Shown here one piece after another: positions 15,394 through 24,395 of a stretch of DNA of 64,000 bases. Numbering within the stretch: the first letter of the stretch is position 1; each line of letters starts with the position of its first letter. The notes under the pieces were generated by a model that saw only the letters and a program-made list of their open reading frames with translations, was not told where the DNA came from and searched no databases. Position numbers and translations under genes: made by a program. Origin of the DNA: a virus (Duplodnaviria; Caudoviricetes); the IMG/VR virus record IMGVR_UViG_3300029288_000131, positions 1-64,000 of that record, one strand, 5' to 3'.

Positions 15394-16736
15394 AAGCCAC
15401 AGTACAGGAAGCATACCAGCTGATGCACGACGGCACCTTGGCCCTTGCCAGGGTTGAGCAGGCTGGCATGAGAATCGACATGCGTCGTCTTGCAAAGACG
15501 ATAGACGAGGTGAAGGCAGAGATTGCAGAGCTGACGGCTGAATTGAAAACAGACGAGGTTTGGACAACGTGGCGACGTCGATTCGGTACGAAGGCAAACC
15601 TCGGTAGCCGTCCTCAGCTAGCCAAGGTGTTGATGGAGGACTTGTCTGTCGAGCTGGAAGAGACAGAGAAGGGACAGGGACGTCGTAAGCTGGACGAGGA
15701 AGCATTAGCAGACATCGACCTGCCGTTCGTTCGGAAGTTTGTCCTGTTGGAAAAGAAGAAGAAGTTGCAATCGACATACTTGATGGGTGTGAGACGAGAG
15801 GTTCAGGATGGGTATCTCCACCCGTCATTCTCGCTCAATTTGGCACGCACGTATAGATCGACTTCAGATCATCCAAACTTCCAGAACATTCCGATACGGG
15901 ACAAAGAGATTGGTAAGACGATCCGAAGCTGCTTCGTGCCTCGCAAGGGACGACTGCTGGTTGAGATAGATTATGGATCTCTGGAAGTGAGGATCAGTGC
16001 TTGCTACAACAAAGATCCCGTGCTGATTGCCTACATTGAAGACACGACGAAGGACATGCACCGTGATATGGCGATGGAGTGCTACTGCTTATCAAAGAAG
16101 GAGGTGACGAAGGAGGCACGGTTTTATGCGAAGAACCAGTTTGTCTTTCCCGAGTTCTATGGCAGCTATTATGCTCAGGTGGCTCCGAGCCTTTGGAACG
16201 TCATAGAAAGGGCTGGTTTGAAGACGTCCGACGGTCGTTACTTGCACGACCATCTTTACGGCCACGGTATAGCAAACTACGAGGATTTTGAGAGGCACAT
16301 CAGGGAGGTCGAGGAGAGGTTCTGGGGGAATCGGTTCAAGGTGTATGCACAATGGAAGCTAGACTGGTTTCGTCAGTATCTGCGAGTGGGTGGGTTCGAC
16401 ATGCTGACGGGTTTTCGGGTTGACGGAGTCTACAAGCGAAACGACGTAATCAACTATCCGGTACAGGGATCGGCGTTTCATTGTTTGCTGTGGTCGCTGA
16501 TTCAGTTGGTCAGATGGTTGGAAAAGAAGAGGATGGAGTCGGTGATCGTCGGGCAGATTCACGACAGCATTGTAGCCGACGTGACACCGGGTGAGTTGGA
16601 CGACTTCCTGGCGAAGGCCAAGTACGTGATGACTGTGGCCATACGAAAGCACTGGCCGTGGATCATCGTGCCGTTGGTGATCGAGGCCGAAGTGTCAGAT
16701 ACGAATTGGTTCGAGAAGAAGGAGTATAAGATATGA
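15390..16736 (+). CDS. polA: family A DNA polymerase, polymerase domain only
   Basis: RSTSDHPNFQNIP, motif A DYGSLEVR, motif B RFYAKNQFVFPEFYG, NYPVQGSA, motif C QIHDS. Confidence 0.95.
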   Translation: MKATVQEAYQLMHDGTLALARVEQAGMRIDMRRLAKTIDEVKAEIAELTAELKTDEVWTTWRRRFGTKANLGSRPQLAKVLMEDLSVELEETEKGQGRRKLDEEALADIDLPFVRKFVLLEKKKKLQSTYLMGVRREVQDGYLHPSFSLNLARTYRSTSDHPNFQNIPIRDKEIGKTIRSCFVPRKGRLLVEIDYGSLEVRISACYNKDPVLIAYIEDTTKDMHRDMAMECYCLSKKEVTKEARFYAKNQFVFPEFYGSYYAQVAPSLWNVIERAGLKTSDGRYLHDHLYGHGIANYEDFERHIREVEERFWGNRFKVYAQWKLDWFRQYLRVGGFDMLTGFRVDGVYKRNDVINYPVQGSAFHCLLWSLIQLVRWLEKKRMESVIVGQIHDSIVADVTPGELDDFLAKAKYVMTVAIRKHWPWIIVPLVIEAEVSDTNWFEKKEYKI

Positions 16737-16966
16737 CAGAAGAAAAACTGCCCGATCCAAAGTTTGCTTTAATGAAGAATGTCAAGGCACGAACAAAGAA
16801 CGGAGAGATCATTGGACGGATCGTAGGATACGAAGATGGTCGAAACCTTGGCAGGTTTCACCAAGCAAGCAAGGGATGGGTTTACTATATCAAGCCAGAG
16901 GGGGCTGAGATTATGGATGATTGGGTGAGGGTTCCTGAAGCCGATATAATAAGGGAGGTGACGTGA
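16733..16966 (+). CDS. small beta-rich (SH3-like?) hypothetical protein
   Basis: AAGGAG RBS, ATGA overlap. Confidence 0.6.
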   Translation: MTEEKLPDPKFALMKNVKARTKNGEIIGRIVGYEDGRNLGRFHQASKGWVYYIKPEGAEIMDDWVRVPEADIIREVT

Positions 16967-17208
16967 TGATTGGAACGGGAGATCGAGTTTGGTTTCGTCA
17001 GGTCGAGCACATCATCGACGTGCTCGGTTCAGGAATTCAAGTCCATCCTGACCCGGAAGAAGGGCGTGGCGACGTGGTGATGGCTTTCCCGGTAAACTGC
17101 TCGGAGATGCGTCTGTTCGTGGTTCCCGATGAGCAGAAGGGACGGAAGAATGTGGAGACGCGGCTGCTGCGGGTTCCTCCCGATGAAGTTGAGGTGATTG
17201 ATGTCTGA
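16963..17208 (+). CDS. small hypothetical protein
   Basis: GGAGGTG RBS, GTGA overlap. Confidence 0.55.
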   Translation: MMIGTGDRVWFRQVEHIIDVLGSGIQVHPDPEEGRGDVVMAFPVNCSEMRLFVVPDEQKGRKNVETRLLRVPPDEVEVIDV

Positions 17209-18142
17209 GCCAATTGAACTCTATCGCAAGTACCGTCCCGCGAATCTTTCGGACGTGGTGGGGCAGAAGGACGTCGTCTCAACGCTGACCGACTTAGGGA
17301 AGCGAAAGGCGTTGCCCCACTGCGTCCTTTTCACGGGACCGTCGGGTGTAGGTAAGACAACGATCATCCGCATCTTGAAGACGAAGCTCAAGTGTGGGGA
17401 TCACGACTACGTCGAAATCAATGCAGCCGAGTCGCGGGGCATCGATACGGTGCGTGACATTCAGCAACGGATGTCCTTGGCACCTATGGGCGGGAAGTGC
17501 AGGGTATGGGCAGTTGATGAATGTCACAAACTGACAGGTGATGCTCAGAGCGCCCTGCTTAAGACGCTAGAGGATACACCGTCCCACGTTTATTTCATGT
17601 TGGCAACAACCGACCCGCAGAAGTTGCTGCCAACCATCAAGACACGATGCACCGAGTTCAGACTTCGCGGCCTCAAGCCCGATGAATTGACAAGCATCGT
17701 TGAGCATGTGACGGGGGCCGAGGGAAAGAAACTGACCGCCGAGGTTGTTGAAAGATTGGTCGAAGTGGCCGACGGCAGTGCTAGAAAATGCTTGGTTTTG
17801 CTGCACGCGATAATAGGGTTGGAGGGGGAGGAAGAACAGCTAGACGCAATTCAGAAGTCGGACAGCAGAAGACAAGCGTTCGAGATAGCACGGCTGCTGA
17901 TCAAACCGAATGCAAGGTGGAACGAGATGGCTAAGCTGCTTCAAGGTATCGAGGCACTGAACGAGCAGGCAGAGAGCATACGATGGATGGTCCTGAGTTA
18001 CATGAGCACAGTCGCTTTGAAGAATCCCAAGCTCGCCAGTAGAGCTGTGGAAGTGATAGACCGTTTTCGAGACCACTGGTACGACTGTAAGCAGGCAGGA
18101 CTGATCTTGGTTTGCTACGATCTTCTTTCTGGAGGTAAGTGA
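17201..18142 (+). CDS. dnaX: clamp loader AAA+ subunit (DnaX/RFC-like)
   Basis: LYRKYRP, GPSGVGKTT, EINAA, VDECH, ALLKTLE, TIKTRC. Confidence 0.92.
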   Translation: MSEPIELYRKYRPANLSDVVGQKDVVSTLTDLGKRKALPHCVLFTGPSGVGKTTIIRILKTKLKCGDHDYVEINAAESRGIDTVRDIQQRMSLAPMGGKCRVWAVDECHKLTGDAQSALLKTLEDTPSHVYFMLATTDPQKLLPTIKTRCTEFRLRGLKPDELTSIVEHVTGAEGKKLTAEVVERLVEVADGSARKCLVLLHAIIGLEGEEEQLDAIQKSDSRRQAFEIARLLIKPNARWNEMAKLLQGIEALNEQAESIRWMVLSYMSTVALKNPKLASRAVEVIDRFRDHWYDCKQAGLILVCYDLLSGGK

Positions 18143-18618
18143 TGGCTAACGAAATCGACTTCGATCTACGGATCGACGAGAACAGTTTGGACGAAGAGTG
18201 GGTCAACCAGCCACGGCTGTATTTTCGGTATGCTGAGAAGCTGGCCTTGGCGAAACGTCGTTTGGAGGAGATAAAGAACGAGCTGGAAGTGACTCGTGCT
18301 GATCTGGACCAAAGCATTCGCAGCAACCCCGATGGGTTCGGTATCGAGAAGGTGACGGAAGCTGCTATTTCTGCCGCCATACAAGACTCGACCGAATACA
18401 AGAAGGTTCAGAAGGAGATCATTGATGCCAAGCACAAGGCAGACATCTACGCTGCTGCCGTGCAGGCATTGGATCACCGTCGGGCAGCTCTGGAGGGATT
18501 GGTCAAGCTGTTTCTTGCAAACTATTTTTCCAAGCCACGGGCGGACGCAGGAGACGAGGAGGACATCGACCGGATGGAGAAGCGTGTAACTCGTCGGGGT
18601 GGAAGGAAGAGAGAGTGA
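18142..18618 (+). CDS. UvsY-like recombination mediator
   Basis: Helical, IDENSLDEEWVNQP.LY..Y, KVTEAAI; located before SSB and RecA-like genes. Confidence 0.6.
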   Translation: MANEIDFDLRIDENSLDEEWVNQPRLYFRYAEKLALAKRRLEEIKNELEVTRADLDQSIRSNPDGFGIEKVTEAAISAAIQDSTEYKKVQKEIIDAKHKADIYAAAVQALDHRRAALEGLVKLFLANYFSKPRADAGDEEDIDRMEKRVTRRGGRKRE

Positions 18619-18753
18619 GGTGCGTGATGACGTGTGTCGTCTTGGTAATAGCATCTCTGATAGGAGCACCTTTTGTTGTGTTCTATTGTGTGAAGTTTGG
18701 CACCTATGCCTTCTATGCAGGAAGGCGATCTTTTCAACAGCAGGAGAAACGAA

Positions 18754-20070
18754 ATGGCAAGTCGAAGGGAGCGAGAGCGACGTCGAGCAGGAAGCACGAC
18801 ACGGGATGCGAAGCATCGAGCGGGAGGTGACTGGTCAACCCTCTTGATTCCGCAGGGAGTGGACGTTTGGCAGCCGAAGGCTGGCACCAAGCGGATTGAC
18901 ATCATTCCGTTTGAGGTCGGGGAAGGCAACCCGTATGCGGAGCAGGGCACGTGGTATTACGAGCGAACGTATTGGATTCACCGAGGGATCGGTCCTAACA
19001 ACGAGAGCTTCGTTTGCCCGGCAAAGACGTCGAAGAAGCCTTGCCCGGTTTGCGAGGCGAGGGCTAAGATGGCCCGTGATCCTGAGACCGACAAGGAGGT
19101 GCTGAAGCAGATGCGTCCGAAGGAACGCCAGTGCTTTCTGGTGTTTGACCACGACGAAGAGGAGAAGGGTGTTCAGCTCTGGGACTTTTCGTGGTACAAC
19201 TTCGGTCGATTGCTGGACGACTACCGCAAGGATGCTGACGAGGACGAGCGCCACATCAACGACTTCGACGATTTCGAGGCAGGAGCCACTCTACGTATCG
19301 GCTTTCGGGAAGAGTCGATGGGAAGCAACACATATCTCGAAGCCTACAAGATTGACTTCAAGCCTCGCAGGAACGGATTGGATGCCGAGCTGCTTGAGCA
19401 CGGTATCTGTCTGGACGAGATCATCAAGGTCCCGTCTTACGAGCAGTTGAAGAAGGCGTTCTACCAAGAGGAGGATGACGAAGAGGAGGAAACGTCCACC
19501 CCGAAGAAGAAGGTACCTCCCAAGAGGAAGCCACCGGATGACACTCCAACGGCTGAGGACGCTGGGCTGGAGGAAGGCGATCAGGTCAAGCACCGCAAGT
19601 TTGGTGTTTGCGAGATCGTGCGGATCAGCAGCGATGGCACTTCCCTTACGCTGGAGGATTCCGACGGTGAGTCTCACAAGGCCATCGGAGTTGACGAGGT
19701 TAAGAAAGTGACCAAGTCCAAGGCCGTCGAAGAGCCGGAGGATGATGAGGAAGAAGAGGAACAGGCACCGAAGAAGAAGACGACCAAGAAGGCTCCGGCC
19801 AAGAAGGCTCCGCCGGTTGAGGAGGATGACGAGGACGACGATGTTGAGGAGGAAGAAGATGACGATCCTCCCCCGAAGCCGAAGAAGAAGTCGGCACCGA
19901 AGAAGCCCGCTGCCAAGGCGAAGAAGTCGGCCAAGGATGACGACGAGGATGATGACTGGGACTCCGGTCCCGGCTGGGATGAAGAGGAGGAAGAGGAGAA
20001 ACCCAAGGCCAAGAAGGGCAAGGCAACGAAGGCCAAGGATGACGATGAGGACGAAGAGGATGAGTGGTAG
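18754..20070 (+). CDS. gp32-like single-stranded DNA-binding protein with Tudor/KOW-like insert and long charged tail
   Basis: KRIDIIPF, YERTYWIHRGIG, FVCP..T.KKPCPVCE, GVQLWDFS; D/E/K tail ending DEDEEDEW. Confidence 0.8.
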   Translation: MASRRERERRRAGSTTRDAKHRAGGDWSTLLIPQGVDVWQPKAGTKRIDIIPFEVGEGNPYAEQGTWYYERTYWIHRGIGPNNESFVCPAKTSKKPCPVCEARAKMARDPETDKEVLKQMRPKERQCFLVFDHDEEEKGVQLWDFSWYNFGRLLDDYRKDADEDERHINDFDDFEAGATLRIGFREESMGSNTYLEAYKIDFKPRRNGLDAELLEHGICLDEIIKVPSYEQLKKAFYQEEDDEEEETSTPKKKVPPKRKPPDDTPTAEDAGLEEGDQVKHRKFGVCEIVRISSDGTSLTLEDSDGESHKAIGVDEVKKVTKSKAVEEPEDDEEEEEQAPKKKTTKKAPAKKAPPVEEDDEDDDVEEEEDDDPPPKPKKKSAPKKPAAKAKKSAKDDDEDDDWDSGPGWDEEEEEEKPKAKKGKATKAKDDDEDEEDEW

Positions 20071-20078
20071 GTCGTAGC

Positions 20079-20131
20079 CCTCAGTCCGCCCGGTTGGGTT
20101 CTGGTCTCCTTGCTCAGCCGGGCGGCTGAGG
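20079..20131 (+). other. long RNA hairpin between SSB and recombinase genes
   Basis: CCTCAG(T)CCGCCCGGTTGGG pairs with CTCAGCCGGGCGGCTGAGG including G-U pairs. Confidence 0.6.
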
Positions 20132-20152
20132 TTCTTATGGGAGGGATAAGCG

Positions 20153-21256
20153 ATGCCGAGCGAGGTCGAGAGAATCAAGAAAACATTGCTGGCCAAGCAG
20201 CAGTATCGTACAGTAAAGACAGCAGATCTGCTCAGCACGGGCAGTACAATGTTGAACTTGGCGTGCAGCGGCAAGGCGACGGGTGGGCTACTCAAGGGAC
20301 ACTACTATTTCTTCTGCGGGGATTCGGCCAGCGGTAAGACGTGGATTGGTTTGACTTGCTTTGCTGAAGCCTGTCTCAATTCTGCCTTCGACGACTACCG
20401 TTTGATCTATGACGGTGTAGAGGGTGGAGCCCTGATGAACATCGAGCGGTTCTTTGGCTCGAAGGTGGCCGAGCGTCTAGAGCCGCCGTCCTGGGAGAAG
20501 GGAGAACCACGGTTCAGCGAGACGGTGCAGGATTTCTACTACCACGTAGACGATGCTGAACGGAAGGGGGTGCCGTTCATCTACGTGCTGGACAGCCAGG
20601 ACGCTTTGACCAGTGACGAGGAGGTCAAGAAGTTCGATCAACAGAAGCGAGCTCGAAGGAAGGTCAAGACGGCAGAGGACGATGGCAAGGTTCCTGGCAG
20701 CTACGGTGATGCCAAGGCGAAGTATCACTCGTCACACATTCGGAAGGTGCTGCGTCCGTTGCAGACCACGGGCTCCATTTTGCTGATGTTGAACCAGACG
20801 CGTGATTCGTTCAGCATGTTCGAGAAGAGTTCGTACAGCGGCGGACGGGCATTGAAGTTCTACGCTACGTTGCAGTTGTGGTCGAAGGTACGGGAGCACA
20901 TTACGAAGACGGTCATGGGCAAGAAGCGGGAGCTGGGCATTGTTGCTCAAGTGCGTGTGAGAAAGAATAGGATGACCGGACGTGACCGTACCATTGAGAT
21001 CCCGATCTATCATAGCTGTGGAATAGACGACGTAGGTTCGATGATCGCCTACCTCGTGTCGGAGGGGGTGTGGAAGAACAAGAAGGGCATGGTGACGGCC
21101 ACGGGCATCGGCCCCGCACTGGAGATGCGATGGGAGACGTTGATACGTCACATTGAGCAAAACGACTTGTGGGAGGACGTTGTCGAATTGGTTGAACAGA
21201 CTTGGCACGAGGTCGAGAAGGCTTGCCAAGTGAAACGCAAGAGACGGTACGAGTGA
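20153..21256 (+). CDS. recA: RecA/UvsX-like recombinase
   Basis: LSTGSTMLNLA, GDSASGKT, YVLDS, LNQTRD, GGRALKFYA. Confidence 0.9.
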   Translation: MPSEVERIKKTLLAKQQYRTVKTADLLSTGSTMLNLACSGKATGGLLKGHYYFFCGDSASGKTWIGLTCFAEACLNSAFDDYRLIYDGVEGGALMNIERFFGSKVAERLEPPSWEKGEPRFSETVQDFYYHVDDAERKGVPFIYVLDSQDALTSDEEVKKFDQQKRARRKVKTAEDDGKVPGSYGDAKAKYHSSHIRKVLRPLQTTGSILLMLNQTRDSFSMFEKSSYSGGRALKFYATLQLWSKVREHITKTVMGKKRELGIVAQVRVRKNRMTGRDRTIEIPIYHSCGIDDVGSMIAYLVSEGVWKNKKGMVTATGIGPALEMRWETLIRHIEQNDLWEDVVELVEQTWHEVEKACQVKRKRRYE

Positions 21257-22131
21257 TGAGCACCCACCTCTTGATAGACGTCTCCTGCTTGGCATGGCGA
21301 AGCTTCCATGCGATGGGAGATCTGTCTTACGGCGGGGTGGAGACGGGAGTGACGTATGGTGTGTTTCGCACCGTGCTCGACCTGATGGATGTCTACGGGA
21401 CGTCTAGCGTGGCGTGGTGCTTTGACCGTGGACATGACAAGCGTACAGTCATCTATCCCGATTACAAGAAGAACAGAAAGCAGCCAGATAGGGAGCCGGA
21501 GGAGTTAGAAGCGAGAGCAGACCTTCACCGTCAAATCTACCGTCTAAGAACGAAGTATCTGCCGGGCGTAGGGTTTAAGAACATCTTCTGGCAAGACGAT
21601 TACGAGGCGGACGATGTGATTGCTTCGATCTGCCAAACTTTGACGAAACAGCAGCAGGCTGTTATTGTAAGTTCGGACCAGGATTTATATCAGTTGCTCA
21701 CGCCACGGGTGTCGATTTGGAACCCCGCCACCCAGAAGGCGATTACCAATGAATCGTTCAGAGAGAAGTGGAGCATAGACCCGTTTCTTTGGGCGGATGT
21801 CAAGGCGATAGCAGGATGTGGTTCGGACGGAGTGCCGGGGGTTGTGGGAGTCGGAGAGAAGACGGCTATTAAGCATTTGTGTGGGCAGTTGAAGGATACG
21901 ACGAAAGCATACAAATCCATACTCTCTAGCAACAATTTGATACGACGTAACTTGAGGCTGGTACGGCTCCCGATGGATGGAATAGAACGGTTCGAGCTTT
22001 CAGATGACGAGCCGTCTCAGGAGGCATGGGAGCGGGTGATGGATGAGCTTGGAATGCGAAGCCTGCGTGGCAGGAGAGTCAGCCGTGTCAGGAAGAAAGT
22101 CGAAAACCAAAGGAGCGTCTGGCGAGCGTGA
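21256..22131 (+). CDS. 5'-3' exonuclease / flap endonuclease (RNase H-like, T4 rnh/T5 D15 type)
   Basis: LLID, WCFD, YPDYKKNR, YEADDVIA, VSSDQDLYQL, AIAGCGSDGVPGVVGVGEKTA. Confidence 0.92.
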   Translation: MSTHLLIDVSCLAWRSFHAMGDLSYGGVETGVTYGVFRTVLDLMDVYGTSSVAWCFDRGHDKRTVIYPDYKKNRKQPDREPEELEARADLHRQIYRLRTKYLPGVGFKNIFWQDDYEADDVIASICQTLTKQQQAVIVSSDQDLYQLLTPRVSIWNPATQKAITNESFREKWSIDPFLWADVKAIAGCGSDGVPGVVGVGEKTAIKHLCGQLKDTTKAYKSILSSNNLIRRNLRLVRLPMDGIERFELSDDEPSQEAWERVMDELGMRSLRGRRVSRVRKKVENQRSVWRA

Positions 22132-22441
22132 GCTTGCTGTGAAGCTGTCTTGGTTGTTTGAGGTTGATGTTTGTCGTGGCAGGCAGTACCACGGTGGTCC
22201 GAATTCTCCTGACATCAAGATTGACATTCCCGGCTTGAACATCGAATGCAAGAGGGCTGAGTCCTTCAGTCTCTACAAGGCAATGGAGCAGTCAGCAAAG
22301 GATGCTGGTGATGGAGTGCCCACCGTTGCCCATCGAAGAAATCACAAGCCTTGGCTGTTCGTTTGTTATCTGGACGATTTGCCGAGATTGGTCAGGTTGC
22401 TTCACGGCCGCTTAGAATCAGAGGGGACACAAGATGACTAA
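22085..22441 (+). CDS. Holliday junction resolvase (PD-(D/E)XK)
   Basis: KSKTKGASGERE, SPDI, IECK, AHRRN...W; GTG start with AGGAG RBS. Confidence 0.8.
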   Translation: MSGRKSKTKGASGERELAVKLSWLFEVDVCRGRQYHGGPNSPDIKIDIPGLNIECKRAESFSLYKAMEQSAKDAGDGVPTVAHRRNHKPWLFVCYLDDLPRLVRLLHGRLESEGTQDD

Positions 22442-22610
22442 TGAACAAGCACAACGGATAAGGGACTTGCAGGAATCCGCTACGTTGATGATTGATAACT
22501 TGCCCCAGCTTTGGTGCGGGCTTTTCAGGAAGTGTGTCGAAGAGGGGTTTACCGAGCAGCAGGCGTTGGAGCTGGTCAAGACGTTTGTTGCTGGACAGTC
22601 GAGGTCATAA
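22434..22610 (+). CDS. 58-aa hypothetical protein (not in ORF track), similar to 46540-46713
   Basis: MTNEQAQRIRDLQESATLMIDNLPQLWCGLFRKCVEEGFTEQQALELVKTF; GAGGGG RBS. Confidence 0.65.
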   Translation: MTNEQAQRIRDLQESATLMIDNLPQLWCGLFRKCVEEGFTEQQALELVKTFVAGQSRS

Positions 22611-22624
22611 GAAGGAGGTGTGAG

Positions 22625-23470
22625 ATGAAGAGGATGCTTTTGATGGTGTTCCTGATTTGTATGTTCCCGATGATGGGTCGGGGTACCGAACCGCCGGATG
22701 AACTCAAGCCGCTGGTGAATAAGATCAGAAATCTACAGCAGGACGAACTGGAGAGACTTGCCAGTTGGTTGAAGGAGCTTGAGGATGAACTCAAGACCGT
22801 TCCACGGGACAGGCGTGCATCGCTGGTGGAACGAATCGGTGCTGTCAAGGAGAAGATTAGTGTTGTCAAGGAGCAGATCGATGGGCTGAAGAAAGGGACG
22901 TTGCCTGACTGGTCTTTGGATAGCCTCAATCTTTCCGTCGGCCAGGTCGGGAAGCTCGATGCAAGGCAGCTCGAAGTCATCGGGATCGTGGGAAAAGACA
23001 AGATCGTGCTGGTGCCGAGCAAGACGGTGACCAGATTTCATTCGGGGTCGGGGTTTAGTATCAGTCAGTCTTTTCATACTGAACACGGCAATCCATTCAT
23101 GCTCTATGGATGGCCGATGCAAGGGATCGTGGACGGGCAGAAAATAGAACTTACCGGACTAGTTGAGGTTTTCGGCACCGAGCAGCATGGAGGCCGGACT
23201 CTGCTTGCTCTCAGATGGCATGATACTGACGCGGTGAAGGACTACTTGGTGGAGTGCGCTGCGAGAACGTTGCCAAAGGAACCAGAACAGGTTTCTCGGG
23301 TGGTGAGGACGTGGACGGATGCGACGGGGACTTTTACAGTCGAGGCGACGTTTCGCGGGGTGATCGCTGGGCAGGTGCGATTGGAGAGAGCTGACAAGCA
23401 TGTGATAGCAATACCGATGGAGCAGTTGAGTAATGAAGATCAGGAATGGATTGTCGGGAAAAGGAACTGA
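22625..23470 (+). CDS. secreted protein with C-terminal SHD1 domain
   Basis: Signal peptide MKRMLLMVFLICMFPMMGRG; RTWTDATGTFTVEATF...VRLERADKHVIAIPMEQLSNEDQEWI. Confidence 0.82.
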   Translation: MKRMLLMVFLICMFPMMGRGTEPPDELKPLVNKIRNLQQDELERLASWLKELEDELKTVPRDRRASLVERIGAVKEKISVVKEQIDGLKKGTLPDWSLDSLNLSVGQVGKLDARQLEVIGIVGKDKIVLVPSKTVTRFHSGSGFSISQSFHTEHGNPFMLYGWPMQGIVDGQKIELTGLVEVFGTEQHGGRTLLALRWHDTDAVKDYLVECAARTLPKEPEQVSRVVRTWTDATGTFTVEATFRGVIAGQVRLERADKHVIAIPMEQLSNEDQEWIVGKRN

Positions 23471-23471
23471 C

Positions 23472-24395
23472 ATGCTCAAGCGTCTGTTGCTCAAGGACTT
23501 TCAGTGTTACGAACGGTTGCTGGTCGATTTTGACCCCCTGATCACGACCTTTGTGGGACCCTCTGACGTCGGCAAATCTGCGGTCCTACGGGGCCTTCGT
23601 TGGTTGGCCTGTAACAGACCCCTAGGCGACGGGCAACGCAGACACGGGGCGGACAGGGCGTTTGCCAAGGGTGAAATAGGGGACCATACCGTTGTAAGGG
23701 CCAAGGGCAAGGGAGGCAACTATTACAAAGTCGACGGGAACAAGCTGGAGGCGTTTGGCTCGGCCGTTCCTGAACAAGTAGAGACAGCGTTCAATCTCGA
23801 CAAGGCTAACTTCCAGGGACAGCATGAACCACCGTTCTGGTTCAACTTGACGTCTGGTGAACTGGCATCCGAATTGAATCGGATCGTCGATTTGGAAGTG
23901 ATCGATACGGCGTCCGCCAAGGTGTCGAGCATATTGAGGAAGGCTCGTGCAGAGGTGGAAGTGACAGAGGAACGGTTGGAGAAGGTGAAGGAGGACGAAA
24001 ACAAGTTGAGTTGGGTGCCTGAGATGGATTTCAGGTTGCAACGGTTGGAGCGGCTGGAAGAAGAGATAGAGGAGAGGAAGGAGCGGCTGGAGACGTTGGG
24101 CCAGATGTTGCAAAGCATCAGGAGGCAGCAGCGTCGAGTGGCAGACATGCGTCGGAGGATCGACACTTGGAATACGGTCAGTGAGCGGTTGGAGCGGGGA
24201 AGCGATGTGATGGAGAAGAGGATGAACAAGATCGACTCCCTTACGAAGTTGCTGAGACAGATTCGGGAGGCCAGTCGGAAACTTGACTTGACGAAGGAGA
24301 GGACGGAGCAGAGTAGGAAGAGACTGGAAAAGGAAACGGGCGGAGTTTGTCCGGTTTGTGGAGGACCCTTGAAAGGAGTGAGTAGTGAACAGTGA
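23472..24395 (+). CDS. sbcC: SbcC/Rad50-like ATPase, N-terminal half ending at Zn hook
   Basis: LKDFQCY, Walker A GPSDVGKS, Q-loop NFQGQHE, coiled coil, CPVCGG. Confidence 0.88.
   Translation: MLKRLLLKDFQCYERLLVDFDPLITTFVGPSDVGKSAVLRGLRWLACNRPLGDGQRRHGADRAFAKGEIGDHTVVRAKGKGGNYYKVDGNKLEAFGSAVPEQVETAFNLDKANFQGQHEPPFWFNLTSGELASELNRIVDLEVIDTASAKVSSILRKARAEVEVTEERLEKVKEDENKLSWVPEMDFRLQRLERLEEEIEERKERLETLGQMLQSIRRQQRRVADMRRRIDTWNTVSERLERGSDVMEKRMNKIDSLTKLLRQIREASRKLDLTKERTEQSRKRLEKETGGVCPVCGGPLKGVSSEQ

Noticed and set aside
18615-18830. Small TM ORF between UvsY-like and SSB genes
   Set aside because: Plausible hydrophobic segment, but it overlaps the SSB start by 77 nt and has weak support; left uncalled.
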